Shown one piece after another: positions 8,738 through 16,452 of a DNA stretch of 20,281 bases. A program made the translations under genes and the position numbers. The first letter of the stretch is position 1; each line of letters opens with the position of its first letter. The notes under the pieces are model-generated. The model saw only the letters and a list, made by a program, of their open reading frames with translations, made no database searches and was not told the DNA's origin. The stretch spans positions 1-20,281 of the forward strand of contig JBDONT010000034.1 in NCBI GenBank assembly GCA_039831155.1, written 5' to 3'. This DNA comes from Nautiliaceae bacterium. Lineage in GTDB: Bacteria > Campylobacterota > Campylobacteria > Campylobacterales > Nautiliaceae.

Positions 8738-8761
8738 TTTTTGATAAAATTTTATCAAAAA
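8738..8761. promoter_or_regulatory. Perfect 24-bp palindrome / bidirectional promoter
   Basis: TTTTTGATAAAATTTTATCAAAAA equals its own reverse complement and gives TGnTAAAAT on both strands between divergent genes. Confidence 0.7.
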
Positions 8762-8770
8762 AGGATTGAT

Positions 8771-9454
8771 TTGACTTTGTATCAACCGAAAAACGGATAT
8801 TGTTATAACAGCGATACTATGTTTTTATATGATTTTATTACTAAATTCAATATAAAAGGCGATGTTTTAGAAGTCGGTGGAGGATGTGGTGTTTTAGGAC
8901 TTTTGGTTAAAAGGGACTTTCCGAAAATTGATTTAACGATTATTGAAAAGCAAAATGTTATGAGTGAATTTATTAAAAAAAATTTAAAAGAGAATTCTTT
9001 AGAAGCAGAGGTTATTAACGACGATTTTTTAAAACACTCTTTTTCTAAAAGGTTTGATTTTGTAATATCAAATCCTCCTTTTTATAACGGGAGTTTAAAA
9101 AGTGAAAACGAAATTATTAAAATCGCTAGATATGAGGATTTTTTACCTATGGAGGAATTTTTTAGGAAGGTAAACGCTATTTTAAAAGAGAGAGGGGAGT
9201 TTATATTTTGTTATGATGCAAAAAGAATTGATGATATAATTTCAAAAATGCCGAAACCTTTAAAAATAATAGACATAAGGTTTATGCATCCGAGAATTGA
9301 TAAAAAAGCGACTTTAGTAATGCTTAGGGCCAAAAGACACGCTAAATCTATGAGTGTTATTCATCCTCCTTTAATAGGATTTGAGGGGAAAGATTATTCC
9401 AAAGAAGCTAGCGAAATTTATAAAAAAGCCGCTACAAAAAGCGTAAAGGTGTAA
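8771..9454 (+). CDS. SAM-dependent methyltransferase, tRNA1(Val) m6A37 (TrmN6/YfiC)-like
   Basis: YQPKNGYCYNSDT, LEVGGGCGVLGL, ISNPPFY, IARYE. TTG 8771 after AAGGA taken as start. Confidence 0.85.
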   Translation: MTLYQPKNGYCYNSDTMFLYDFITKFNIKGDVLEVGGGCGVLGLLVKRDFPKIDLTIIEKQNVMSEFIKKNLKENSLEAEVINDDFLKHSFSKRFDFVISNPPFYNGSLKSENEIIKIARYEDFLPMEEFFRKVNAILKERGEFIFCYDAKRIDDIISKMPKPLKIIDIRFMHPRIDKKATLVMLRAKRHAKSMSVIHPPLIGFEGKDYSKEASEIYKKAATKSVKV

Positions 9455-9459
9455 ATGTT

Positions 9460-9837
9460 ATGATAATATCTAAAGAGGGTTTTAATTTTAAATTTAATCA
9501 AGAAGCTTGCAAGGAGTGTGAGGGGAATTGTTGTATAGGAGAGAGTGGTTATATTTGGGTGGCTCCTAACGATATAAAAAATATCTCCTCTTTTTTGGGA
9601 ATAGATGAAGAGATTTTTAAAAGTAGATTTTTAATTAAAGTAGGTTATAGATATTCGATTAGGGAAAAACCGTATAAAAACGGGTATGCGTGTATTTTTT
9701 TCGAAAACGGTTGTAAAATTTACCCGGTAAGACCTAATCAGTGTAGAACTTTTCCTTTTTGGGATTATTATAAAACCCATATGGATGAGCTTTTAAAAGA
9801 GTGTCCAGGAATTATCGTGGAAAAAGAGGAGAAATGA
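9460..9837 (+). CDS. YkgJ-family cysteine cluster protein
   Basis: CKECEGNCC..CIFF..CKIYPVRPNQCRTFPFW..CPGI. Confidence 0.9.
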   Translation: MIISKEGFNFKFNQEACKECEGNCCIGESGYIWVAPNDIKNISSFLGIDEEIFKSRFLIKVGYRYSIREKPYKNGYACIFFENGCKIYPVRPNQCRTFPFWDYYKTHMDELLKECPGIIVEKEEK

Positions 9838-11111
9838 GAAGAGTTTTTTTAATTGTTTTATTGCTTTTTGTAGGGTGTAGTGTTAAGAAAATACCTATAG
9901 GTAAAAAAGTTATACCCGATGAGGACGAATATATTATGAAAGCTCTTTTTTATGAAAACAACGATAAATTATCTCAAGCCGTTAAAGTTTATAAGTTTCT
10001 GTATGAAAAGACTGAAAAACCGGTCTATTATGAAAGGATGTTATCGGATTTGTTTTACGAAAAAAAGTATAAAGAAGTGGTTAAATTAAGTGACGAGTAT
10101 TTAAAAGAAAGTTTTAATAAAAACATTTTTATGTATAAGATTTTGTCTTTAGTGGCACTTAACAAAACGGATTTGGCGAAAAAGGAACTTTTAAAGAGGT
10201 TTAACAAAAAAGACGAGTTTTTTTATAGAATGATGGCTTATATTTATCTTAAAGAAAAAAACTACAAACAAGCGGCAATTTACCTTAAATCGTTGTATGC
10301 TTTAAACCATAATAAAAAGACTCTTTTAGAGTTGGTGGACGTTTTAATCAGGCTTAAAAAATATAATGAAGCCCTTGCTTATCTTAGGACTCATCTTGAT
10401 TTATACGGGTGTGAGCTTGATGTCTGTTTAAGGCTCGCCGTTATTTATAAACAGACTTACGATTATGAAAACTTAGCTACTATTTATTCTAAAATGGCTG
10501 CTTTGGATTCTAAATATGCCGTTTTTGCTTTTGGGATTTATTTGGAATCAAAAGAATATGACAAAGCTTTAAAAATTATTGACAAGTATAATCTTGACGA
10601 TACGTTTAAACTTGTGGTATATGAAGCTAAAAAAGATTACAAAAAAGCCGCTTTGCTTGCTAAAAAACTTTACGATAAAACAAATGACGACAGATTTTTG
10701 CTGAAATACTGTATTTATGCATATAAAATAGCAAAATCAAAAAAAGATTACAAAAAAATAGCGTTTTATTTAAAAAAACTGGCTAAAAAATATAAAAGCC
10801 CTTATATTTATAATTTTTTGGGGTATCTTTTAATTGATAAGAATATCAACGTTAAAGAAGGGCTAAAATATGTAAAAAAAGCCCTTAAATTAAATCCTAC
10901 CAAACAAGACTATATAGACTCTCTGGCGTGGGGGTATTATAAGCTTGGAAAATGCAAAGAGGCGTGGGAGATAATTAAAAACGTGACGTTAAAAAGAGAA
11001 GAGATTAAAATTCATAAACAACAGATTAAGAAGTGTTTAAAGGAGAGATATGATTCTGGAAAAAATCATAAAAAAAACAAAAGAAGATTTAGAAAAAAGA
11101 AAAAACAGTGA
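9834..11111 (+). CDS. TPR-repeat lipoprotein
   Basis: Start ATG 9834 (ATGA overlap). Lipoprotein signal MRRVFLIVLLLFVGC. TPR-like YNFLGYLLID..ALKLNP..YIDSLAWGYYKLG. Confidence 0.85.
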   Translation: MRRVFLIVLLLFVGCSVKKIPIGKKVIPDEDEYIMKALFYENNDKLSQAVKVYKFLYEKTEKPVYYERMLSDLFYEKKYKEVVKLSDEYLKESFNKNIFMYKILSLVALNKTDLAKKELLKRFNKKDEFFYRMMAYIYLKEKNYKQAAIYLKSLYALNHNKKTLLELVDVLIRLKKYNEALAYLRTHLDLYGCELDVCLRLAVIYKQTYDYENLATIYSKMAALDSKYAVFAFGIYLESKEYDKALKIIDKYNLDDTFKLVVYEAKKDYKKAALLAKKLYDKTNDDRFLLKYCIYAYKIAKSKKDYKKIAFYLKKLAKKYKSPYIYNFLGYLLIDKNINVKEGLKYVKKALKLNPTKQDYIDSLAWGYYKLGKCKEAWEIIKNVTLKREEIKIHKQQIKKCLKERYDSGKNHKKNKRRFRKKKKQ

Positions 11112-11823
11112 GGAGTTTAAGAGATTTTTAAGCGTAAAAAGAGCGTTTAGAGATGTAAAAAAGGCTTTGACTTCGACACCCGACAATCCTTATAGGATAA
11201 TTGCGGAAGTTAAAAAGGCAAGCCCTAGCAAAGGGATTATAAGAGAAGATTTTGACCCCGTCGCAATTGCCAAAGAGTATAACGAAGTGGCTGATGCTAT
11301 GAGTATTTTAACCGAACCTCACTTTTTTCAAGGCAGTCTTGAGTATTTAAAAAAAATAAATGAATTTTCAAAAATTCCCCTTCTTAGAAAAGATTTTATC
11401 GTAGATGAGTTTCAAATAGCAGAGGCTTACGCCGCAGGGGCTGATTTTGTACTTTTGATTGCAAAAGCACTTAGAGTGGAAGAGTTAAAAAGACTTTTTG
11501 ATTTTGCTAAAGGTATAGGGCTTGAAGTTTTATTTGAAATTCACGATGAAGAAGATTTACAAAAAGCCCTTGAAGTAGGAGCCGATATTATAGGCTTTAA
11601 CCATAGGGACCTTAAGACGTTTGAAATGCATATGGATTTGAGTGAAAAACTAATTTCAAAGCTCCCGGAAGGTGTAATCGTAGTGGCAGAGAGTGGAATA
11701 AATGATTTTGAAGTGGTAAAAAAACTTCATAAAAACAGAGTTGACGCTTATTTGGTCGGAGAGCATTTTATGAGACAAAGAGATATTAAAAAAGCCGTTT
11801 TGAAATTAAAAAAAGGGGAATAG
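11050..11823 (+). CDS. trpC: Indole-3-glycerol phosphate synthase
   Basis: IIAEVKKASPSKG, SILTEPHFFQGS, LLRKDFI, GADFVLLI, VAESGI, LVGE. Confidence 0.97.
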   Translation: MILEKIIKKTKEDLEKRKNSEEFKRFLSVKRAFRDVKKALTSTPDNPYRIIAEVKKASPSKGIIREDFDPVAIAKEYNEVADAMSILTEPHFFQGSLEYLKKINEFSKIPLLRKDFIVDEFQIAEAYAAGADFVLLIAKALRVEELKRLFDFAKGIGLEVLFEIHDEEDLQKALEVGADIIGFNHRDLKTFEMHMDLSEKLISKLPEGVIVVAESGINDFEVVKKLHKNRVDAYLVGEHFMRQRDIKKAVLKLKKGE

Positions 11824-11832
11824 TTTTTGCTT
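11815..11832 (+). promoter_or_regulatory. Sigma-54 (-24/-12) promoter of flgH
   Basis: GGGGAATAGTTTTTGCTT: GG (11817-11818), N10, GC (11829-11830). Matches the GGAA-N6-TTGCTT form of Campylobacterota RpoN promoters and lies directly upstream of a flagellar gene. Confidence 0.8.
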
Positions 11833-11852
11833 TTTATTGAAAAAGGGAATTA

Positions 11853-12557
11853 ATGAGATATTTATGGTTAGTGGGGGCTTTTATTTTTGTGGGGTGTTCT
11901 ACTCATCCTATGGACCCTACTATCAATATGAAACCTCCAAAATACGTAGAACAGATGCCAAGCCTTCAAACCGATAACGTAAGCAATAATCCGGGGTCTC
12001 TTTTTACAAACGGGGATAATCTTTTTTCGGATACAAAAGCTATGAAAGTAAACGATATAGTAACGGTTATCATTACCGAGGAAGTAAAACAATCCTCTCA
12101 AGCGAGTAAAAAGTTAAGTGAAGCCAATACCGACAGTGGAGGCCTTTTTGACGCTAGTATCAGTGGAAGTGCTTATTTGGGAGGTAAAGAGTATAAACTT
12201 AAAAAAACCGGACTTTCACTGAATCTTCCTAATATGAATTCAAGCCGTTCTTTTCAAGGAAGCGGCACCCAGCAAAGAAACGAGACGTTTCAAACTACAA
12301 TTAGTGCCAGAATCGTAAAAATTTTAGAAAACGGAAACTATTTTATAGTGGGAAGAAGAGAGATTTATGTGGACGGTCAAAAACAGATTATCCAAATCAG
12401 TGGGGTTATAAGACCTCAAGATATCGCATCCGATAATACCATAGATTCAAAATATATCTCCGATGCCAAAATAGCATATAAAACGGAAGGAGATTTGAAA
12501 AGATATACCGACCAAAACTGGTTTGCAAAAATTTGGAGTGCTTTGGCTCCTTGGTAG
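11853..12557 (+). CDS. flgH: Flagellar basal body L-ring protein
   Basis: Lipobox FVGC, GSLF..LFSDTKAMKVNDIVTVII, ISARIVKILENGN, SGVIRPQDI, ISDAKIAY, terminal PW. Confidence 0.96.
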   Translation: MRYLWLVGAFIFVGCSTHPMDPTINMKPPKYVEQMPSLQTDNVSNNPGSLFTNGDNLFSDTKAMKVNDIVTVIITEEVKQSSQASKKLSEANTDSGGLFDASISGSAYLGGKEYKLKKTGLSLNLPNMNSSRSFQGSGTQQRNETFQTTISARIVKILENGNYFIVGRREIYVDGQKQIIQISGVIRPQDIASDNTIDSKYISDAKIAYKTEGDLKRYTDQNWFAKIWSALAPW

Positions 12558-12558
12558 T

Positions 12559-13659
12559 TTAATCTAAAATAAAATTAGCAAGGGCGTCCGCTAGTAAAAA
12601 TTCGTAAGAGTAAATAAAATTTCCTTTTTTATAAACTTTTTTTTCTTCTATTAAAATTTTAGCTCTTTTTTTCTCTTCGTGGTTTAAAATCTTTTCATCA
12701 AATCCTACAATCGAGCGAAGTCCCAGTAGCACTTTTTCTTTTTTTATATCGGTTTTTGTGAGGTGTTCGAGTTTATAACCGGTCGGATTTTTAATATATT
12801 CGTATATGTTTTTGTGAGTATAATAGCGTGTATTGTCTTTAAATCCTACAGCTCCGGCTCCTATGCCTATATATTCTCTTAATTCCCAATACCCTAAATT
12901 ATGCAAACAGGGTTTACCGAAGTTGGATATTTCGTATTGAGGGAATTTTTCTTTTATCTGTTCTATAAACCATACTTCAAGCTCTTCGTCTTCTTTTCTT
13001 TTTGTATAGTCGTCTTCCCATTTGGTGTTTTCTTCAATTGTGAGAGAATAGGCACTTATATGGGTTATCGGTAGTGAAAAAGCTATTTTTAGGTCGTTTT
13101 GTAAGAGGCTTTTTGTATCAATAGCCGTAGAATAGATAAGGTCTAAATTTATGTTTTCAAATCCGGCTTTTTTTGCGTTTTTAATTGCTTTTAGGGCTTG
13201 AGAAGATGAGTGATTTCGGTTTAGAAATTTCAGTTTTTCGTTATTAAAGCTTTGGACGCCGAAACTTATTCTGTTTACTCCTAAGTTTTTAATTTCTTTT
13301 AGCCACTCGTAAGATGTGTTGGGGTTGCATTCTATTGTTATCTCTTTTGTGTTTTTTAAATAGGGTTTTAATAGAGTAAAGAGTTTTTCATAAAATTCAA
13401 CACTCATAGTAGAAGGAGTACCCCCACCTATAAATACCGTATAAACTTCTTGTTTTTCTTTTAAAAACTGTGTTTTTAAGGCATTAAAATACTCTTTTTT
13501 TAAATGATTTAAGTTGGTGTATGAATTAAACGCACAGTAGTTGCATTTACTGTCACAAAACGGAATATGGATATAAAGTAGGGGTAATTTGTCGTATGAA
13601 GGTGTAAAATTGTTTTTTTTTGGTGCAATATTTTTCATTTTTGATTTTCCATTTAACAT
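12559..13659 (-). CDS. hemW: Radical SAM heme chaperone (HemN-like)
   Basis: LYIHIPFCDSKCNYCAF, GGGTPS, RISFGVQSF, HISAYSL, YEISNF, HNLGYW (HNxxYW motif of HemW). Start uncertain (13659 or 13638). Confidence 0.9.
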   Translation of the reverse strand: MLNGKSKMKNIAPKKNNFTPSYDKLPLLYIHIPFCDSKCNYCAFNSYTNLNHLKKEYFNALKTQFLKEKQEVYTVFIGGGTPSTMSVEFYEKLFTLLKPYLKNTKEITIECNPNTSYEWLKEIKNLGVNRISFGVQSFNNEKLKFLNRNHSSSQALKAIKNAKKAGFENINLDLIYSTAIDTKSLLQNDLKIAFSLPITHISAYSLTIEENTKWEDDYTKRKEDEELEVWFIEQIKEKFPQYEISNFGKPCLHNLGYWELREYIGIGAGAVGFKDNTRYYTHKNIYEYIKNPTGYKLEHLTKTDIKKEKVLLGLRSIVGFDEKILNHEEKKRAKILIEEKKVYKKGNFIYSYEFLLADALANFILD

Positions 13660-13664
13660 TTTTA
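13630..13664. repeat. Degenerate 7-bp tandem repeat, 5 units
   Basis: ATTTTTC ATTTTTG ATTTTCC ATTTAAC ATTTTTA, spanning the hemW start. Confidence 0.6.
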
Positions 13665-13685
13665 GTTATAATTTTACTAAAAAAA
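13659..13685. promoter_or_regulatory. Bidirectional promoter for hemW and the rppH operon
   Basis: TTTTTAGTTATAATTTTACTAAAAA: TATAAT on + (13667-13672) and TAAAAT on - (13676-13671), flanked by the inverted repeat TTTTTAGT/ACTAAAAA. Confidence 0.65.
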
Positions 13686-13694
13686 GGTGATGTT

Positions 13695-14153
13695 TTGAAA
13701 AAGTATAGGCCAAATGTTGCTGCGATTGTGCTATCTTCAAAATATCCCGATAAAGTGGAAATATTGATTGCAAAAAGAAACGACGTAGATGCGTGGCAAT
13801 TTCCACAGGGTGGTATTGATGAGGGGGAAACTCCACAAGAAGCACTTTTAAGAGAGCTAAAAGAAGAAATAGGTACTGATGAGGTTGAAATACTTGCCGA
13901 AATGCCCCAGTGGCAAAGGTATGATTTTCCAAAAAGAATTGCAAAAAAGATGTATCCTTACGACGGGCAAGAGCAAAAGTATTTTTTAGTAAAACTAAAA
14001 CCGAACGCAAAAATAAACTTAAACACCGAAATACCGGAGTTTGAAGATTATAAGTTTGTGAGTGTGGAAGAAATTTTCGATTATGTGAAATCTTTTAAAA
14101 GACCGGTTTATAAAACGGTAATAGATTATTTTAAAAAGCAAGGTTATCTGTAA
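13695..14153 (+). CDS. rppH: RNA pyrophosphohydrolase (Nudix)
   Basis: YRPNVAAIV, WQFPQGGIDEGE..ALLRELKEEIG Nudix box, GQEQKYF, FKRPVY. TTG 13695 after AAGG taken as start. Confidence 0.95.
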   Translation: MKKYRPNVAAIVLSSKYPDKVEILIAKRNDVDAWQFPQGGIDEGETPQEALLRELKEEIGTDEVEILAEMPQWQRYDFPKRIAKKMYPYDGQEQKYFLVKLKPNAKINLNTEIPEFEDYKFVSVEEIFDYVKSFKRPVYKTVIDYFKKQGYL

Positions 14154-14162
14154 AGGAGATAT

Positions 14163-15371
14163 ATGTTAGTAGTTCAGAAGTTCGGAGGAACAAGTGTCGG
14201 GGATTTGGATAGAATTCAAAATGTTGCCAATATCGTAAAAAAGTATAAAGAAAACGGAGACGATGTAGTTGTAGTCGTATCTGCTATGGCAGGGGAGACA
14301 AATAAATTGCTTGAATACGCAAACCATTTCTCTAAAACTCCTCCTCAAAGAGAGGTTGATTTACTTGTAAGTAGTGGAGAGAGGGTAACGAGTGCACTTC
14401 TTAGTATTGCACTTCAGGCTATGGGAATAGACGCTATAGCACTTACCGGAAGACAAGCCGGAATTAAAACTACAAGCGACCATACAAAAGCCAGAATTAT
14501 GGATATAGACCCGAATAAAATGCAAAAATACTTTAAAGACGGAAAAGTCGTAATAGTTGCAGGATTTCAAGGGATTAACGAAAACGGAGACGTTACTACT
14601 CTTGGTCGTGGAGGAAGCGATTTAACGGCAGTTGCTATTGCAGGGGCTTTAAATGCCGATAAGTGTGAAATTTATACGGATGTTGACGGGATTTATACAA
14701 CAGACCCGAGAATTGAACCAAAAGCTAAAAAGATTGATGTAATAAGCTATGATGAAATGCTGGAACTTGCAAGTCTTGGAGCAAAAGTAATGCAAAGCCG
14801 TTCAGTTGAGCTTGCAAAAAAATTAAACGTGGATATTGAAGTTAAATCAAGCTTTAAACCAGAAGTTAAAGGAACATTAATAACAAAGGAGACACCGGAT
14901 ATGGAAAAAGTACTTGTGAGTGGAATTGCACTTGATAAAAACCAGGCGAGAGTGAGTATTTTTGGGGTAGAAGATAGACCCGGAATCAGTGCCGAAATTT
15001 TCGGAAAGCTTGCAGATAAAAATATAAACGTTGATATGATTGTTCAAAACGTAGGTAAAGATTCAAAAGCAAACCTTACATTTACAGTACCTCAAACGGA
15101 ACTTGAACTTACAAAAGAGGTTTTAAAAGAGTATGAGAAAAATTCAGAAGCGATTGAGTATGACGATTCTATTGCAAAAGTGAGTGTTGTCGGAGTTGGT
15201 ATGAAATCTCATTCAGGTGTAGCTGCAACTGCATTTAAAACTCTGGCAGATGAAAATATTAACATATTGATGATTAGCACAAGTGAAATTAAAATTTCTA
15301 TGGTAATTGATGAGAAATATGGGGAGCTTGCCGTTAGAGCACTTCATAAAGCTTATCAATTGGATAAATAA
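14163..15371 (+). CDS. lysC: Aspartate kinase (alpha subunit)
   Basis: VQKFGGTSV, VVVSAM, TTLGRGGSD, YTDVDGIYTTDPR, two ACT domains, STSEIKIS. Confidence 0.97.
   Translation: MLVVQKFGGTSVGDLDRIQNVANIVKKYKENGDDVVVVVSAMAGETNKLLEYANHFSKTPPQREVDLLVSSGERVTSALLSIALQAMGIDAIALTGRQAGIKTTSDHTKARIMDIDPNKMQKYFKDGKVVIVAGFQGINENGDVTTLGRGGSDLTAVAIAGALNADKCEIYTDVDGIYTTDPRIEPKAKKIDVISYDEMLELASLGAKVMQSRSVELAKKLNVDIEVKSSFKPEVKGTLITKETPDMEKVLVSGIALDKNQARVSIFGVEDRPGISAEIFGKLADKNINVDMIVQNVGKDSKANLTFTVPQTELELTKEVLKEYEKNSEAIEYDDSIAKVSVVGVGMKSHSGVAATAFKTLADENINILMISTSEIKISMVIDEKYGELAVRALHKAYQLDK
14901..15371 (+). CDS. Probable nested in-frame aspartate kinase beta subunit (156 aa)
   Basis: AAGGAG at 14886-14891, 9 nt before in-frame ATG 14901 (Met247, MEKVLVSGIA), at the start of the ACT region. 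Confidence 0.6.
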   Translation: MEKVLVSGIALDKNQARVSIFGVEDRPGISAEIFGKLADKNINVDMIVQNVGKDSKANLTFTVPQTELELTKEVLKEYEKNSEAIEYDDSIAKVSVVGVGMKSHSGVAATAFKTLADENINILMISTSEIKISMVIDEKYGELAVRALHKAYQLDK

Positions 15372-15904
15372 TGGATATAAATCAGTTTACTTTAAAACTT
15401 ATAAGAGAAAAAAACATAAAATGGATGGAAGAAAAGAGGCTTGAATGGGTGCCTCTTGTTAGCGATTTCGTATTGAACGTAATTGAGGGTAAGAGCGTTT
15501 TAATGATTAGCGATTATAAAAGAGAGTGGTTTTGTGATTATATGATTAACAAAATTAATAATTTTCAGGATTTCAAACCCTCTTTTATTCCTATTTTTCA
15601 TTTGCAAAAGATAGTCCCTCAAATTCTGAATGCCCGTACAAACGAACATTTTGAGATGATTGAGGATATGTTGAGTATAAGTTTTAGCGATAATTATATC
15701 TATTGGTATGTGGGAGTGGAAACTCCTATGTTGAAACTTGCAAGAAACAAGCCCGATTCTTTTTTTTGGATTATGGATATGGATTTGCATAAAAATTTCT
15801 TCTTAAAGTCTCTTGATGAAAATCTGGATAAAAAACTTTTGGATTTGGCAAATATCTTAAACGAAACTTTAAAAGCCGCTATTTTTGCAGAGGTGGAGAT
15901 TTGA
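15371..15904 (+). CDS. hobA: HobA-family DnaA-binding replication regulator
   Basis: WMEEKRLEWVPL, REWFCDY, IEDMLSISF, YWYVG. Sits between lysC and holB as in Campylobacterota. Confidence 0.88.
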   Translation: MDINQFTLKLIREKNIKWMEEKRLEWVPLVSDFVLNVIEGKSVLMISDYKREWFCDYMINKINNFQDFKPSFIPIFHLQKIVPQILNARTNEHFEMIEDMLSISFSDNYIYWYVGVETPMLKLARNKPDSFFWIMDMDLHKNFFLKSLDENLDKKLLDLANILNETLKAAIFAEVEI

Positions 15905-16452
15905 GTAAGATTATTATTACCGATGATTTTGAAGAGGTTATTAAAGAGTTAAAACCGGATGAAAAGATAGTCGTAGAAGAGTTAAAAGTTGAAGATGTCC
16001 AAAAGATAAGAGAACTTGCCTATATAGCCCAAAAAGAAAAAAAGATTATTTTAATAGCCGCTGAAAAATACAACTTAATTTCTCAAAACGCTTTATTAAA
16101 GCTTTTGGAAGAACCTCCTAAAAATATAGACTTTGTTTTGCTTGCAAAGTCAAAATATTCTTTGCTGGATACTATAAAATCCCGTCTTCCTATAGAAAAA
16201 AGAATTTTTTACTCTTCTTTAGGTATTGATATTGATATTTCAAAAATTACAAATGAGTTTATTTTGGAGCTTTTAAAAAAAGATTTGGAATTAAAAGAGT
16301 TAAAAGCTTTAATTTATAAAATTGTAAAAGAAAAGGAGCTATCGGCCGGTCAAATGGAAATTTTAAGCGACGCTATAAAAATGCTTGAACTGAACATAGA
16401 CAAAAAGGCTGTTTTGTCATTGATTATGCTTAGTCTTAAGGATAGAAAATGA
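15901..16452 (+). CDS. holB: DNA polymerase III delta' subunit (short Campylobacterota form)
   Basis: SQNALLKLLEEPP and LLDTIKSRL clamp-loader motifs. TTG start overlaps the hobA stop. Confidence 0.88.
   Translation: MSKIIITDDFEEVIKELKPDEKIVVEELKVEDVQKIRELAYIAQKEKKIILIAAEKYNLISQNALLKLLEEPPKNIDFVLLAKSKYSLLDTIKSRLPIEKRIFYSSLGIDIDISKITNEFILELLKKDLELKELKALIYKIVKEKELSAGQMEILSDAIKMLELNIDKKAVLSLIMLSLKDRK

Noticed and set aside
8742-8757. Fur box reading of TGATAAAATTTTATCA
   Set aside because: It is a 16-bp even palindrome rather than the 7-1-7 Fur form. The flanking genes are not iron related, and paired -10 boxes explain it.
13613-13621. T9 tract (and A8 at 11070-11077) as phase-variation sites
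   Set aside because: A/T runs of this length are expected at this composition and the frames are intact. No long poly-G/C tracts were seen.
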